Virus record (IMG/VR): IMGVR_UViG_3300020183_000020
Location: 46,138 to 110,137 of that record
Length of the DNA: 64,000 bases
Strand: one strand, 5' to 3'
Source of the DNA: a virus
The translations under genes and the position numbers were made by a program. Of the stretch, positions 7,685 through 16,270 are shown in pieces (within the stretch, counting starts at the first letter, position 1; every line of letters begins with the position of its first letter). The notes below the pieces were generated by a model. It was not told where the DNA came from, searched no databases, and was given only the letters and a program-made list of their open reading frames with translations.

Positions 7685-8861
7685 TGTTCTTTCAAGGAGT
7701 GTTTGATATTCTTGGCAATTTCTTGAAAGATAACAGTAGGAACCGATTCACCAAGCGATTGCCTAATCTTAAGCTCTTCTTTTTTTAAGAATTTTGTTTT
7801 ATCAGCCAATGAGAGATTGTTTAGATATTCTAAATCATGAACTGCCCATTTGAAAGATGATGGAACCGTCATCATGCACATCAACTCTCGGATACTAAAT
7901 ACGCGGTCATCCGCAGGATGTATCGTATTTTGACTAGCGAGTTGGTCATTTCGAGTGTGAATGCAAGGGCCAATTTTATCCCAATATTGACGCTTATATT
8001 TGTCACCATTTTTTTGTTGATTAATAACAATGCTTCCGTCTTTCACTTGGTGTGGTTTTTTATGATTGTCCTTGTTTTCAAATGCAGATTGCCCCTCTTT
8101 TAAATCACAAATCCACTCCCTCATGTGTTTTGGATAGACTCTAAAAGCATGATAAATATCATTTGAGTCAATTTCTCCGAGGATTTTAAGTGGTCTTAGG
8201 TGACCGATTACCTCTCTTAAAGTATTCTCTTTTTTTAACGATGGATATAAGTCATATGGTGATATATCATCTGCTAACTCATTCAAAACGCCAATAACTA
8301 ATGTTCTTTGCCTACTTGAGCACGCTCCATGATTTTTGAAATTTATTGTTTTGGATATGTAAGAGTATTGTCCACCCAAGGCGTTTTTAATTGCACTCTC
8401 AATCGTTTTGTCCACATAATCAATATCCGTACAAATGGTTTTCATAAAAGCTGGGACATTTTCAAATATAAAAATTCTCGGCTTAATTTTACTGATTAGT
8501 TTAATAGACTCTACCACCAAAGAATTTCTAATAATTTCATCACCTTTCTTATTATGATTGGCGACCGACATCCCTTGGCAAGGTGGAGTTGCGATAACAA
8601 CATCAATCTGATTAACTTTCTCTTTTTTTTCCCACAGATCAATTTCTGCGATCACTTGAGATTTGATTTCATCAGTAGATATGTCCCCATAGATATATCC
8701 ACTTCCATACTTACACTTAGTATTAAATCTTTGAATATCCAATCGTCTTTGAATTAATTCATTAGTAGCTACGCATTCAAAACCCTCTGATTTAAAACCA
8801 TAACATCCGATGCCCGCACCGCTGAAAAGACTAATATATGTTAGTTTGTTTTTTTTTTCAT
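7660..8861 (-). CDS. DNA cytosine-5 methyltransferase; true ATG at 8861 is out of frame at an A10 tract
   Basis: Motif I (ISLFSGAGIG) lies upstream of the track start and in frame; motifs IV 'PPCQGMS', VI 'ENV', VIII 'R.R', X 'GESVP' present. GGAG RBS 10 nt before ATG-A10. Visibly AT-richer than the flanks. Confidence 0.85.
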
Positions 8862-8961
8862 TTGTCTGTTTCTCCGTCGTTCGGTTGTGGGGGCTTTAAC
8901 AACTAGTCAGTATAGTCTGAACACTCATAGGTCTTTCGTTCGGGTTCTCATTTCTTATGAA

Positions 8962-9035
8962 TGGGCAATCTGGGGCTTGAACCCAGGACCGACCGTTTAT
9001 GAGACGGGTGCTCTAACCAACTGAGCTAAATGCCC
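8962..9035 (-). tRNA. tRNA with CAT anticodon, most likely Ile2 (lysidine-modified, reads AUA); elongator Met not excluded
   Basis: GGGCATTTAGCTCAGTTGGTTAGAGCACCCGTCT-CAT-AAACGGTCGGTCCTGGGTTCAAGCCCCAGATTGCCCA; C4-G69 pair, A73; no encoded CCA. Confidence 0.85.
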
Positions 9036-9041
9036 TTAGAT

Positions 9042-9130
9042 TCAATGTCCCATCTGACTGTGCCGCTTCTATACGGCTGCCACCAGATTGTACGATTTAA
9101 GCTGAGGTTCACGACCGTAGAGAACATTGA
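9042..9130 (-). ncRNA. Candidate ~89-nt three-way-junction RNA between tRNAs
   Basis: 10-bp closing stem plus two internal hairpins; G-U pairs work only on the minus strand. Confidence 0.4.
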
Positions 9131-9131
9131 G

Positions 9132-9205
<74 letters not shown>

Positions 9206-9253
9206 TTATATGAACACTATACCACGCCGACGGGGGCGTTATAACATTTCAAA

Positions 9254-9335
9254 TGCCCAAGGTCGGACTTGAACCGACACTCCCGAAGGAAACGGATTTT
9301 GAATCCGCCGCGTCTACCAATTCCACCACTCGGGC
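9254..9335 (-). tRNA. tRNA-Leu(CAA)
   Basis: GCCCGAGTGGTGGAATTGGTAGACGCGGCGGATT-CAA-AATCCGT, long variable arm, GGTTCAAGTCC T-arm. Confidence 0.95.
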
Positions 9336-9432
9336 TAATGTCCCCATCCGTTGATGGGGAGGGGAGGTTTGAACCGCTGTTCTCCTACACTAGTATAGAA
9401 ACCTGACTAGGACTTCAAGGAAAAAAGAAGCA

Positions 9433-9822
9433 TCAGCCCCATTTTAACAGAAAAGGTTTTTTATCCTTGGGGTGTAGAGGATATCTCAGAACATCTGAGA
9501 TAGGAACCCACTTCCAATCCATGTGTTCGTCATTGATGGTGGGCGTAAACTTTACATCTACTTCGGCTAGATAGAGCGTGTACCCACTACAGTAGATTTC
9601 GTCATAGATTTGATACGGCACCCCGCTGCCAATAAGTTGCCGTTCTTCATCTCCTCCTAGCTCTTCATATGTTTCTCTGAGAGCTGTGGTGTAGTGATCT
9701 TCGCCTTCTTCAGTCTTCCCCCCTGGGAAGTTCCATGTACCGCCCCACTTGTCGTGTGGAGATAAGACCCTCTTTAGGATAAGCGTATCACTTCCACATA
9801 TGAACATAACTCCTGCACCCAT
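9433..9822 (-). CDS. NUDIX hydrolase
   Basis: Nudix box 'FPGGKTEEGEDHYTTALRETYEELG'. Confidence 0.92.
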   Translation of the reverse strand: MGAGVMFICGSDTLILKRVLSPHDKWGGTWNFPGGKTEEGEDHYTTALRETYEELGGDEERQLIGSGVPYQIYDEIYCSGYTLYLAEVDVKFTPTINDEHMDWKWVPISDVLRYPLHPKDKKPFLLKWG

Positions 9823-9884
9823 ACTAGTTCTCCTTCTTATGGTGTCGATTAGGTCTAGGTTTTACCAAGTGGGCTGAGTTTTCT

Positions 9885-9896
9885 TATTTCTTTTAT
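9885..9896 (+). promoter_or_regulatory. Putative late promoter TA-N5-TYTAT
   Basis: TATTTCTTTTAT upstream of 9945. Confidence 0.55.
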
Positions 9897-9944
9897 ACTA
9901 GTTGCATATGTCGGTCAAAAAACCGACCCTATGGAGTCACAATC

Positions 9945-10337
9945 ATGATAAGAAGAACCGCTAGTGAAGTTTTAAGAAGCCTTGAGATGAGAGTCTCCCG
10001 CCTTGAGGGTAAGACAGCGACTCGCAGAACCGCTGCCAAGAAAATCCGTTTGGATAGAAATGTGGAGCAGAGGGTGATGAGAGAGATCGCTGATCGGTTT
10101 GACATAGAAATGGATGAAGACTCATATTATTGGCACAACCCTGTTTTTGAGGTTTTAGCTGAAGAAAAGGGTAGCCGCAATGTGTCCGAAGGTTCAATAT
10201 TTCAGCTTCTAAAGCTAGCGAATGACGACTACTATGTGGTGCTACAGGTCATCCCTTTCGCAAATGACTCGGACATCATAGGTGTTTACGACAGCATCTC
10301 TGATGCCCTGCGTGATTTCAAGCTAGCCAACCGCTAA
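9945..10337 (+). CDS. RRTASE-leader family protein 1 (putative packaged internal protein)
   Basis: N-terminus MIRRTASEVLRSLEMRVSRLEGKTATRRTAA is shared with the genes at 56330, 59279 and 59798. Confidence 0.75.
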   Translation: MIRRTASEVLRSLEMRVSRLEGKTATRRTAAKKIRLDRNVEQRVMREIADRFDIEMDEDSYYWHNPVFEVLAEEKGSRNVSEGSIFQLLKLANDDYYVVLQVIPFANDSDIIGVYDSISDALRDFKLANR

Positions 10338-10386
10338 TAAGCCTTCTATTATCTAATGTAGCTCCATACCGACAATGGAGCTACAT
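10338..10386 (+). promoter_or_regulatory. Late promoter motif plus 12-bp RBS-occluding hairpin
   Basis: TAAGCCTTCTAT (10338-10349), then ATGTAGCTCCAT/ATGGAGCTACAT containing GGAG. Confidence 0.65.
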
Positions 10387-10388
10387 AG

Positions 10389-10760
10389 ATGAAGTACCTG
10401 TATCACTACGAAGCTGAGGTTTTATCCGTATATGACGGAGATACCTGCACTCTTCAAATAGCCTGTGGGTTTGATATGTTCACGCGGGTGACATTTAGGC
10501 TGACGGGGATAGACACGCCTGAGATGAAGTCCAAAGACGCGACCAAGAAAGAGGCGGCAGTATCTGCGAGAGACCACTTAAGAAGTCGTATCATGGGGAA
10601 GAAAGTAATAGTGAACACGAAGGAGAGAGAGAAGTACGGAAGGTGGCTCGGTTATTTGTGGGTGGATGAAAATGGGGATGAACTTGGGGAGTCTCTTAAT
10701 GAGGAGATGATCCGTCTAGGTCACGCTTCTCCCTATGATGGTGGAAAGAAGACCCTATGA
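10389..10760 (+). CDS. Thermonuclease (SNase-family) nuclease
   Basis: 'VYDGDT', 'RLTGIDTPE', 'EKYGRWLG', 'LNEEMIRLGHA..YDGG'. Confidence 0.92.
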   Translation: MKYLYHYEAEVLSVYDGDTCTLQIACGFDMFTRVTFRLTGIDTPEMKSKDATKKEAAVSARDHLRSRIMGKKVIVNTKEREKYGRWLGYLWVDENGDELGESLNEEMIRLGHASPYDGGKKTL

Positions 10761-10777
10761 TGGGGGAAAGAAGAGCG

Positions 10778-11158
10778 TTATTCCTTTTCAGGTGCGGTTT
10801 GGATAACCAAACCATCTAAGTCCATGAGGTCAACAGGTTCATCAAAAGACGGCTCATCGGGTACCTCAGGGATAAAGTCGAAAAGCCCCTGAGTTTCGTT
10901 CATCCAATCCTCGTACTTCTCTGCCTTGTCGGACTCGTGCCAAGAGTCGGACAACCCATCAAAGTAGTCTTGCTGTGCGTCTACCACATCTTGGATGGCG
11001 TTGATGAGGTCGTCACTCTTGGACGAGACCTGCAAGAGAAGGTTCTCCAACTTGTCCCGAGCCTCAGCGAGGGCTGTGTTGTATGCCTCGATAGAGGCGT
11101 TGAGGTCAGCGAATCCATTTTGGATATCCTTTTGCTGTGCCATATTGAACTTGATCAT
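10778..11158 (-). CDS. Acidic coiled-coil hypothetical protein
   Basis: 126 aa, GGGGAG RBS, GC3-rich, behind a GTATCCCA motif. Confidence 0.75.
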   Translation of the reverse strand: MIKFNMAQQKDIQNGFADLNASIEAYNTALAEARDKLENLLLQVSSKSDDLINAIQDVVDAQQDYFDGLSDSWHESDKAEKYEDWMNETQGLFDFIPEVPDEPSFDEPVDLMDLDGLVIQTAPEKE

Positions 11159-11197
11159 GCTGATCTCCCCGTTTGGTTGGGTGGTGGTTGCCCCTCT

Positions 11198-11226
11198 CTA
11201 ATGCACCACTAGAGGGTTTGGGATAC
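11198..11226 (-). promoter_or_regulatory. Putative early/middle promoter GTATCCCA-N15-CATTAG
   Basis: Same spacing as the other copies. Confidence 0.6.
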
Positions 11227-11254
11227 AAAATTTGTAGTCTTTAATTAGGAAGAG

Positions 11255-12139
11255 CTAGTTCTTTACTATAAGGATTTCGTGAGAAGCCTTCGGCGTATTT
11301 CCTATTTCCTGCTTATTTTTGCCGACGCGGGTTTCACCTTGTCCATATGAATATGCCCATTCAGGAAAGTAAAACTCGAACCCCTCATAGTAATTACGGA
11401 TTTCTTCGCAGTCGTTGTATGAGAGAACGAACCGACCTTTATGGGAGTGGAGCAAGTCTCTCAGCTTCTCATGGTCGAAGGAGTTATGGTGAACCGCGAA
11501 GTTTCCATTGGGGTATAGCCCCTTGAACATCTTGTTGTCCTCAGACTCCTCTAAGAAATAAGGAGGGTCTAGGTAGAGGACATCATTTGGGTGAGCCTCG
11601 ATGACTTTCTCGAAGCTGCTTTCTTCTACTATGAGGGAAGGGTTGCGGTAGTTTCTGAGCTTATAACACATATCCTCCCATTTCTTGGGGGTATATATCG
11701 AGGAGAGCCAACCGAGATATTGAGGTCCGTAGGACAGGTTATGGTTGAAGAAATAATAGGCTGCTCCGATGATAGGGTCGAGTTCGATAGGGTTTCGAGC
11801 ATAGTGGTTGGTATGCCAACCCACGAAGAGAGCTTGGCTTTTGTTCCAAGAGAGGAGCTGTTCTTTGATGGTGTCGTAGTCTGACAGGCTGAGTTTAGAG
11901 GCTTCCTCGTAGAGTTTCTGAGGTTCTGTGAGAAGAACTCGCCAAAAGTTTACGAGGATTGAGAATATGTCGAAGCCTAAAACTTGAACCATTTTCTCAC
12001 TTGCCCACCGAGACTCAAGGCTCCCTCCACCGAGAAAGGGAGAAACGATAGTTTTGGGATAGCTCTTGGAGAATAAGTGTGGGGTGATTAGCTCATACGC
12101 TTTTGACTTACCACCAGGGTATCTTAAGGGAGTCTTCAC
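11255..12139 (-). CDS. Dam-like (D12 class) N6-adenine DNA methyltransferase
   Basis: 'KTPLRYPGGKS', 'PFLGGGS', 'YLDPPY', 'FVLSYND'. Confidence 0.92.
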   Translation of the reverse strand: MKTPLRYPGGKSKAYELITPHLFSKSYPKTIVSPFLGGGSLESRWASEKMVQVLGFDIFSILVNFWRVLLTEPQKLYEEASKLSLSDYDTIKEQLLSWNKSQALFVGWHTNHYARNPIELDPIIGAAYYFFNHNLSYGPQYLGWLSSIYTPKKWEDMCYKLRNYRNPSLIVEESSFEKVIEAHPNDVLYLDPPYFLEESEDNKMFKGLYPNGNFAVHHNSFDHEKLRDLLHSHKGRFVLSYNDCEEIRNYYEGFEFYFPEWAYSYGQGETRVGKNKQEIGNTPKASHEILIVKN

Positions 12140-12232
12140 GGAGGTTCCTTAACGCTTTAGACTTTTTATAGTGGTTTATACCACACCCATCCATTAGGGG
12201 TATGTCCCTAGTCCATCAGTTCTGAGTGTTTT

Positions 12233-12886
12233 TCAGAAGACTATCCGATACGGATAAATGGATTGGATAGTTAGGGGCTGAAGTTTATCTATTGCGATAA
12301 ATGCGGATTTTCCTTTGTCCCTTGCCGCGTGAGCTCGGACAAACTCACGCCTAAAGTTGTTGGGGTCTGTTAAGTCGTTTGGGCTAGAGAGACCTGCTAT
12401 GTAGAACATCTCCCGATCATTAGAGGTTTCCCTGAAGACAATCACCTCAGGTGAAGAGCCTTGTCGGTTGGGGTACATTATGGGATAGTTCCCCCAGCAG
12501 ACGCTCTTTACTCCGACCGCATATCCCGCTTGGCTAAGATCGGAAGAGAATTCTTGCGAGCACCTAACGGATAAGTCCAACACTTCGGTGAAGTCCAAAC
12601 CCAAGAACTTGCAGACCGCAGCTTCGCCGTACAGCCCCGTCCTCCATCTTTTTTCTTCCTCGTTGGGGTCTTTCTGATGGTCTGCTTCGGTCTTCTTCTT
12701 TTTTATGATTTTAAAAATACGCTCATCGAGGTAGTCCACCTCCCCTTTATCCAATTCGACTTTTGGATATGTGTTCTTGAGTGGTGCGACACAGATTTGA
12801 AAGTGCTGTTCGGCATCACCCCACTTCACAAGTTTTTCGGGTGTAACTGCGACATCTGCATCGTCAAAGTCTTTTATCCAATTCAT
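12233..12886 (-). CDS. Hypothetical protein, possible PD-(D/E)XK endonuclease
   Basis: 'GLYGEAAVCKFL...SDL...VGVKS' resembles the E-helix/D/xVK core; lies directly upstream of the MTase. Confidence 0.4.
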   Translation of the reverse strand: MNWIKDFDDADVAVTPEKLVKWGDAEQHFQICVAPLKNTYPKVELDKGEVDYLDERIFKIIKKKKTEADHQKDPNEEEKRWRTGLYGEAAVCKFLGLDFTEVLDLSVRCSQEFSSDLSQAGYAVGVKSVCWGNYPIMYPNRQGSSPEVIVFRETSNDREMFYIAGLSSPNDLTDPNNFRREFVRAHAARDKGKSAFIAIDKLQPLTIQSIYPYRIVF

Positions 12887-12965
12887 GTTATTCCTCCGTT
12901 GTGTGTTCTCTTACATATAGGAATTGTAATGGTTCTATGAATCCTAAAAGGTATCTCGATATTAG

Positions 12966-14891
12966 GTGAGAAATATGAAATACGCATACAGAACACCCAA
13001 GTTATTTAGCCTACAGCCTCTTCTTAGGCTGTTTAGATCGAAAGGTATTGGATACTCCGTCGACAGGTTCAAGGGTGAAAGGGAAGACCGTTTCTTTTCG
13101 GTTATTTCAGTTGCCTTAAACGCTGAGGATTGGATAGTTCGCCCGCAGGCTATAGGATTAAAGAGCGAAGAAGGCTTAGAGTTTATGGATATTAGATTTA
13201 CTAAGGTGAACTACAAGAAGTTCCACGAGTACATGATGGAGACCAAGGCTGAGTTAGCTCTCCCCCGTTTGGAAGATAGCTACATGGAACAGCGAGTAGA
13301 ACTATCCAAAGAAGTCTTGATTGTTGTAGTGCGTGAGGACAGATCAGGATATAGGGGTATTTCAAATCTAATGGAGGATTGGGGCATCCGCACGGATCGA
13401 CTTCTAAAAACCAAAGCTCTTTTACTTAAAAAGGCTGAGGGTGAGTCTATTGAACAAGACTTAAGGGGAGTACCTGCCACGGATATTTCGGGTAATACTT
13501 CAGCTAAGGAAGATAAAGCCATCGACCAAAGGTTCATTCAACCGATGCTTGAAAAGCATCGGCTCTCTGCTGAGATAATGGAAAAGAAGGCAGGTATTTT
13601 CAAAACGCACAAATCGAGTTTTGGTCGTCGGATTATTGCCGCCACCCACTCTTATTCCAAAACAACGGGGCGACCCCTGTATGTAGAGTTGGACAACATA
13701 CTTGGAGATACCTCCATAAACTACGCGGGCTCTTTACTAGAGAGATATGCCTGTCAGCACCTATCGGAAACTACGCTGCCCGATTTCCTTTTAAAGGCAG
13801 AGCTAGAACTGAAAGACGCTATCTATTTACCATCAGGGCGGAAAAGAAATGAGAGTGTCTATGACGAGATGGCTAAGAAGATAAAGAAAGATACCGAGGA
13901 AAGTCTAAAGGCTTGGCTCGATCTCAATGGTGTACAACTTGGTCTCTCAATGGATACTTTTATCGACAGGGGCTTCCGTTCAACTGCAACGGAATATCTC
14001 TCAAGATTGAGAGATAAGATATCCGTAGCAATCAAGCCCAAAAGGAAACTCGTAGATGGCATCCCTGATATGTACGAAACTAAGACTAAATCTGAGTACA
14101 TATCAGGACTAATGGAGCTAAATGGATTACTTGGTGGACACACAGACATAGAAACAGAAATAGCAAGGGCGGAGGGACACCCACATTTAGTTTACGCCAG
14201 CCATGTACCCAAATCCATATTGGAACTGAACAAGACGGAAATGGTTAAGAGACAGGAAAAAGATGAAACCATACTTCTCGACACACTTACTTCCCTTACA
14301 CCTCAAACAATAGCCCCTCAAACAATAACAAGGGATGGACATAACCTTATCGTGTGTTCGGAGTATCCGGGTTTTGGAGTTATTTATGATGAGTTAGGTG
14401 TTACGCCTGAGAAGGTTCATTTGGAGGGGATTTTTTATGCTCTGAAAATCATGAGCCACTATACGGATAAAAGGGTGATACAGCTCAAATATGAGAAGGG
14501 AGTTAGGGCAAACTATCTTGTGGCGGGATTGGGGGGGTTAGGTAGAATTGAAATGGATAGAAAAGATGACCTAAGAGTTGCTATCCATGAGGCGATGCAC
14601 GCACTTGAATGGCACTCTCCGTCTATATGTTCCCTTGTGACAGCGTTTTGTGCTAGTCGCTTCAATCCTTTCGAGGAAAAGAACATAGGGAGAGGCGAAA
14701 AAGCCTTCTCAGGTCTTTGGGATATTTACGCAGGTAAAATGTATGATGGCGATACAATGAGTGAGTTTATTACAATGGGGGTTCAGGAGTTCAGAAGTGC
14801 AAAAACAATCGTAGGACTCGCTAAGAAAGACTACCCACACTTCCTCTTTACCCACGCTCTAGTCACAGGGAAGCTGAAGGAATATCTATGA
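12966..14891 (+). CDS. Large late protein with C-terminal zincin-like metallopeptidase domain
   Basis: 'AIHEAMHALE' HExxH followed by 'YAGKMY...SEFITMG'; TAATGGTTCTAT motif at 12927-12938. Confidence 0.6.
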   Translation: MRNMKYAYRTPKLFSLQPLLRLFRSKGIGYSVDRFKGEREDRFFSVISVALNAEDWIVRPQAIGLKSEEGLEFMDIRFTKVNYKKFHEYMMETKAELALPRLEDSYMEQRVELSKEVLIVVVREDRSGYRGISNLMEDWGIRTDRLLKTKALLLKKAEGESIEQDLRGVPATDISGNTSAKEDKAIDQRFIQPMLEKHRLSAEIMEKKAGIFKTHKSSFGRRIIAATHSYSKTTGRPLYVELDNILGDTSINYAGSLLERYACQHLSETTLPDFLLKAELELKDAIYLPSGRKRNESVYDEMAKKIKKDTEESLKAWLDLNGVQLGLSMDTFIDRGFRSTATEYLSRLRDKISVAIKPKRKLVDGIPDMYETKTKSEYISGLMELNGLLGGHTDIETEIARAEGHPHLVYASHVPKSILELNKTEMVKRQEKDETILLDTLTSLTPQTIAPQTITRDGHNLIVCSEYPGFGVIYDELGVTPEKVHLEGIFYALKIMSHYTDKRVIQLKYEKGVRANYLVAGLGGLGRIEMDRKDDLRVAIHEAMHALEWHSPSICSLVTAFCASRFNPFEEKNIGRGEKAFSGLWDIYAGKMYDGDTMSEFITMGVQEFRSAKTIVGLAKKDYPHFLFTHALVTGKLKEYL

Positions 14892-15196
14892 CCACCACCA
14901 CTATCCATTTTCGGTACGGAAGTGTGAAAGCCCAAGTCTTAATCTTTTACAGCGATCCGTTTATGATTGAGGGTTATGAGTTCTCAGGGGATGGGACAAT
15001 CATAAACATCTACAAAAGCAAACTAGGGGGAGAACCTTCAGGTTACTTCATCGGTTCTGCCTCTGTAGATAACATAGAATACTTCATCAATGCGGCATAT
15101 GATGCCAAAAGAGATTTCGAGCGGCTAGAGTATGCCATAGTCAACCCTCCCAACCTTAGCAGGAACAACTCAGACAACCCTGATGCCGTCTACTAA
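14888..15196 (+). CDS. Small hypothetical protein translationally coupled to the metallopeptidase (possible inhibitor/immunity)
   Basis: ATGA overlap; AAGGA RBS. Confidence 0.6.
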   Translation: MTTTTIHFRYGSVKAQVLIFYSDPFMIEGYEFSGDGTIINIYKSKLGGEPSGYFIGSASVDNIEYFINAAYDAKRDFERLEYAIVNPPNLSRNNSDNPDAVY

Positions 15197-15275
15197 GGAT
15201 AGCTGATTAATAGTTTGTTTATGGGGGTACTCAAACGGATACTAACCCTCCCGACCCTTTTGAGGTACACAGAGT

Positions 15276-15662
15276 ATGCCCCTAGTTCATCAGCACATTG
15301 TGATTCGTTCCCATGTCATGAAGCCTCCCATGAGCGAGGAACAGACGAAGAATTGGCTCAAAGAGCTTATTTCCAAGATTGACATGAAGATTCTTAATGG
15401 ACCTCATGCGACATATTTGGATAAAGAGGGAAATAGGGGCGTAACAGGGGTCTGCATTATTGAGACTTCTCATATCGCCATCCATGTGTGGGACGAGGAG
15501 TCACCGGGGCTGATTCAGCTTGATGTGTACTCATGTAAGGACTTCGATAAGGAAGTGGTATTTGACCACTTCAAGTGTTTCGAGCCTGTGTCCACCGAGT
15601 GGTTCATGCTCGACCGCACGGACAAGCTGTCCATCACGGATGATATTCAGGCAAAGAAATAA
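15276..15662 (+). CDS. speD: S-adenosylmethionine decarboxylase proenzyme
   Basis: 'GVTGVCIIETSHIAIHVWDE', 'QLDVYSCKDF'; TAGTTTGTTTAT motif at 15211-15222. Confidence 0.85.
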   Translation: MPLVHQHIVIRSHVMKPPMSEEQTKNWLKELISKIDMKILNGPHATYLDKEGNRGVTGVCIIETSHIAIHVWDEESPGLIQLDVYSCKDFDKEVVFDHFKCFEPVSTEWFMLDRTDKLSITDDIQAKK

Positions 15663-15665
15663 GAA

Positions 15666-16265
15666 ATGGCAGACGGAGAGTGCATAATAGGGGGTGATGT
15701 ATCTCTCGTCTTTTGGAAAGATGGCGGATGGTATGCTGATGGGGAGTATCTAACGGACGATATAGGGAAGTGCAAAATCCTCCCATCGAGTGAAGACAGG
15801 AAGATTGTCTTATCGGTGGGAGAACCTCCCCGCATATTTGTCCCCAAGAAGTTACCTGAGCCTGAGCCTGTGAGGGCAATTGAGAAATCGTCCGTTCAAG
15901 AGGTTCAGCCCATAGCGGAAGTACTTCAGGTGGTAGAGGACACTATTTTAGAGAAAGTTTTGGATAAACTAGGCGACAATCCATTAGCTGTTGTTGTCGC
16001 GATTGGATTTGTGGTCTTTAAGAAGATGATCGAGGGTAAACAGACCAAATCTGAAAGTGAAATGGATAAAAGGTGTAGCGGTCGTCATCAGGGTTCAGAT
16101 GTTCAGACCAAAGAGCTAGAGAAGCAGGTTGAAGATTTGAAACAGAGATTGGAAGAAGTGAGTTCTAACTACGAGCTAAGTAAATCTAGCTCTGTGTCCC
16201 GCAGGGATTACAACAAGCTACTTGATCGGATGGAAGCACTTGAAAATTTATTGGATAATAAATAG
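15666..16265 (+). CDS. Hypothetical membrane-anchored coiled-coil protein
   Basis: Hydrophobic 'PLAVVVAIGFVVF' followed by KK and a C-terminal coiled coil. Confidence 0.65.
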   Translation: MADGECIIGGDVSLVFWKDGGWYADGEYLTDDIGKCKILPSSEDRKIVLSVGEPPRIFVPKKLPEPEPVRAIEKSSVQEVQPIAEVLQVVEDTILEKVLDKLGDNPLAVVVAIGFVVFKKMIEGKQTKSESEMDKRCSGRHQGSDVQTKELEKQVEDLKQRLEEVSSNYELSKSSSVSRRDYNKLLDRMEALENLLDNK

Positions 16266-16270
16266 TCAGC

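Noticed and set aside
5961-7706. Plus-strand ORFs 5961..6281 and 7374..7706 sharing ESVFAHPTLS
   Set aside because: They are antisense shadows of the duplicated segment; the surrounding genes are on the minus strand.
9336-9385. Fourth tRNA (GGTTCAAACC T-loop-like word and TCCCCATC/GATGGGGA hairpin)
   Set aside because: No D-arm, anticodon arm or acceptor stem can be built; at most a remnant or leader hairpin.
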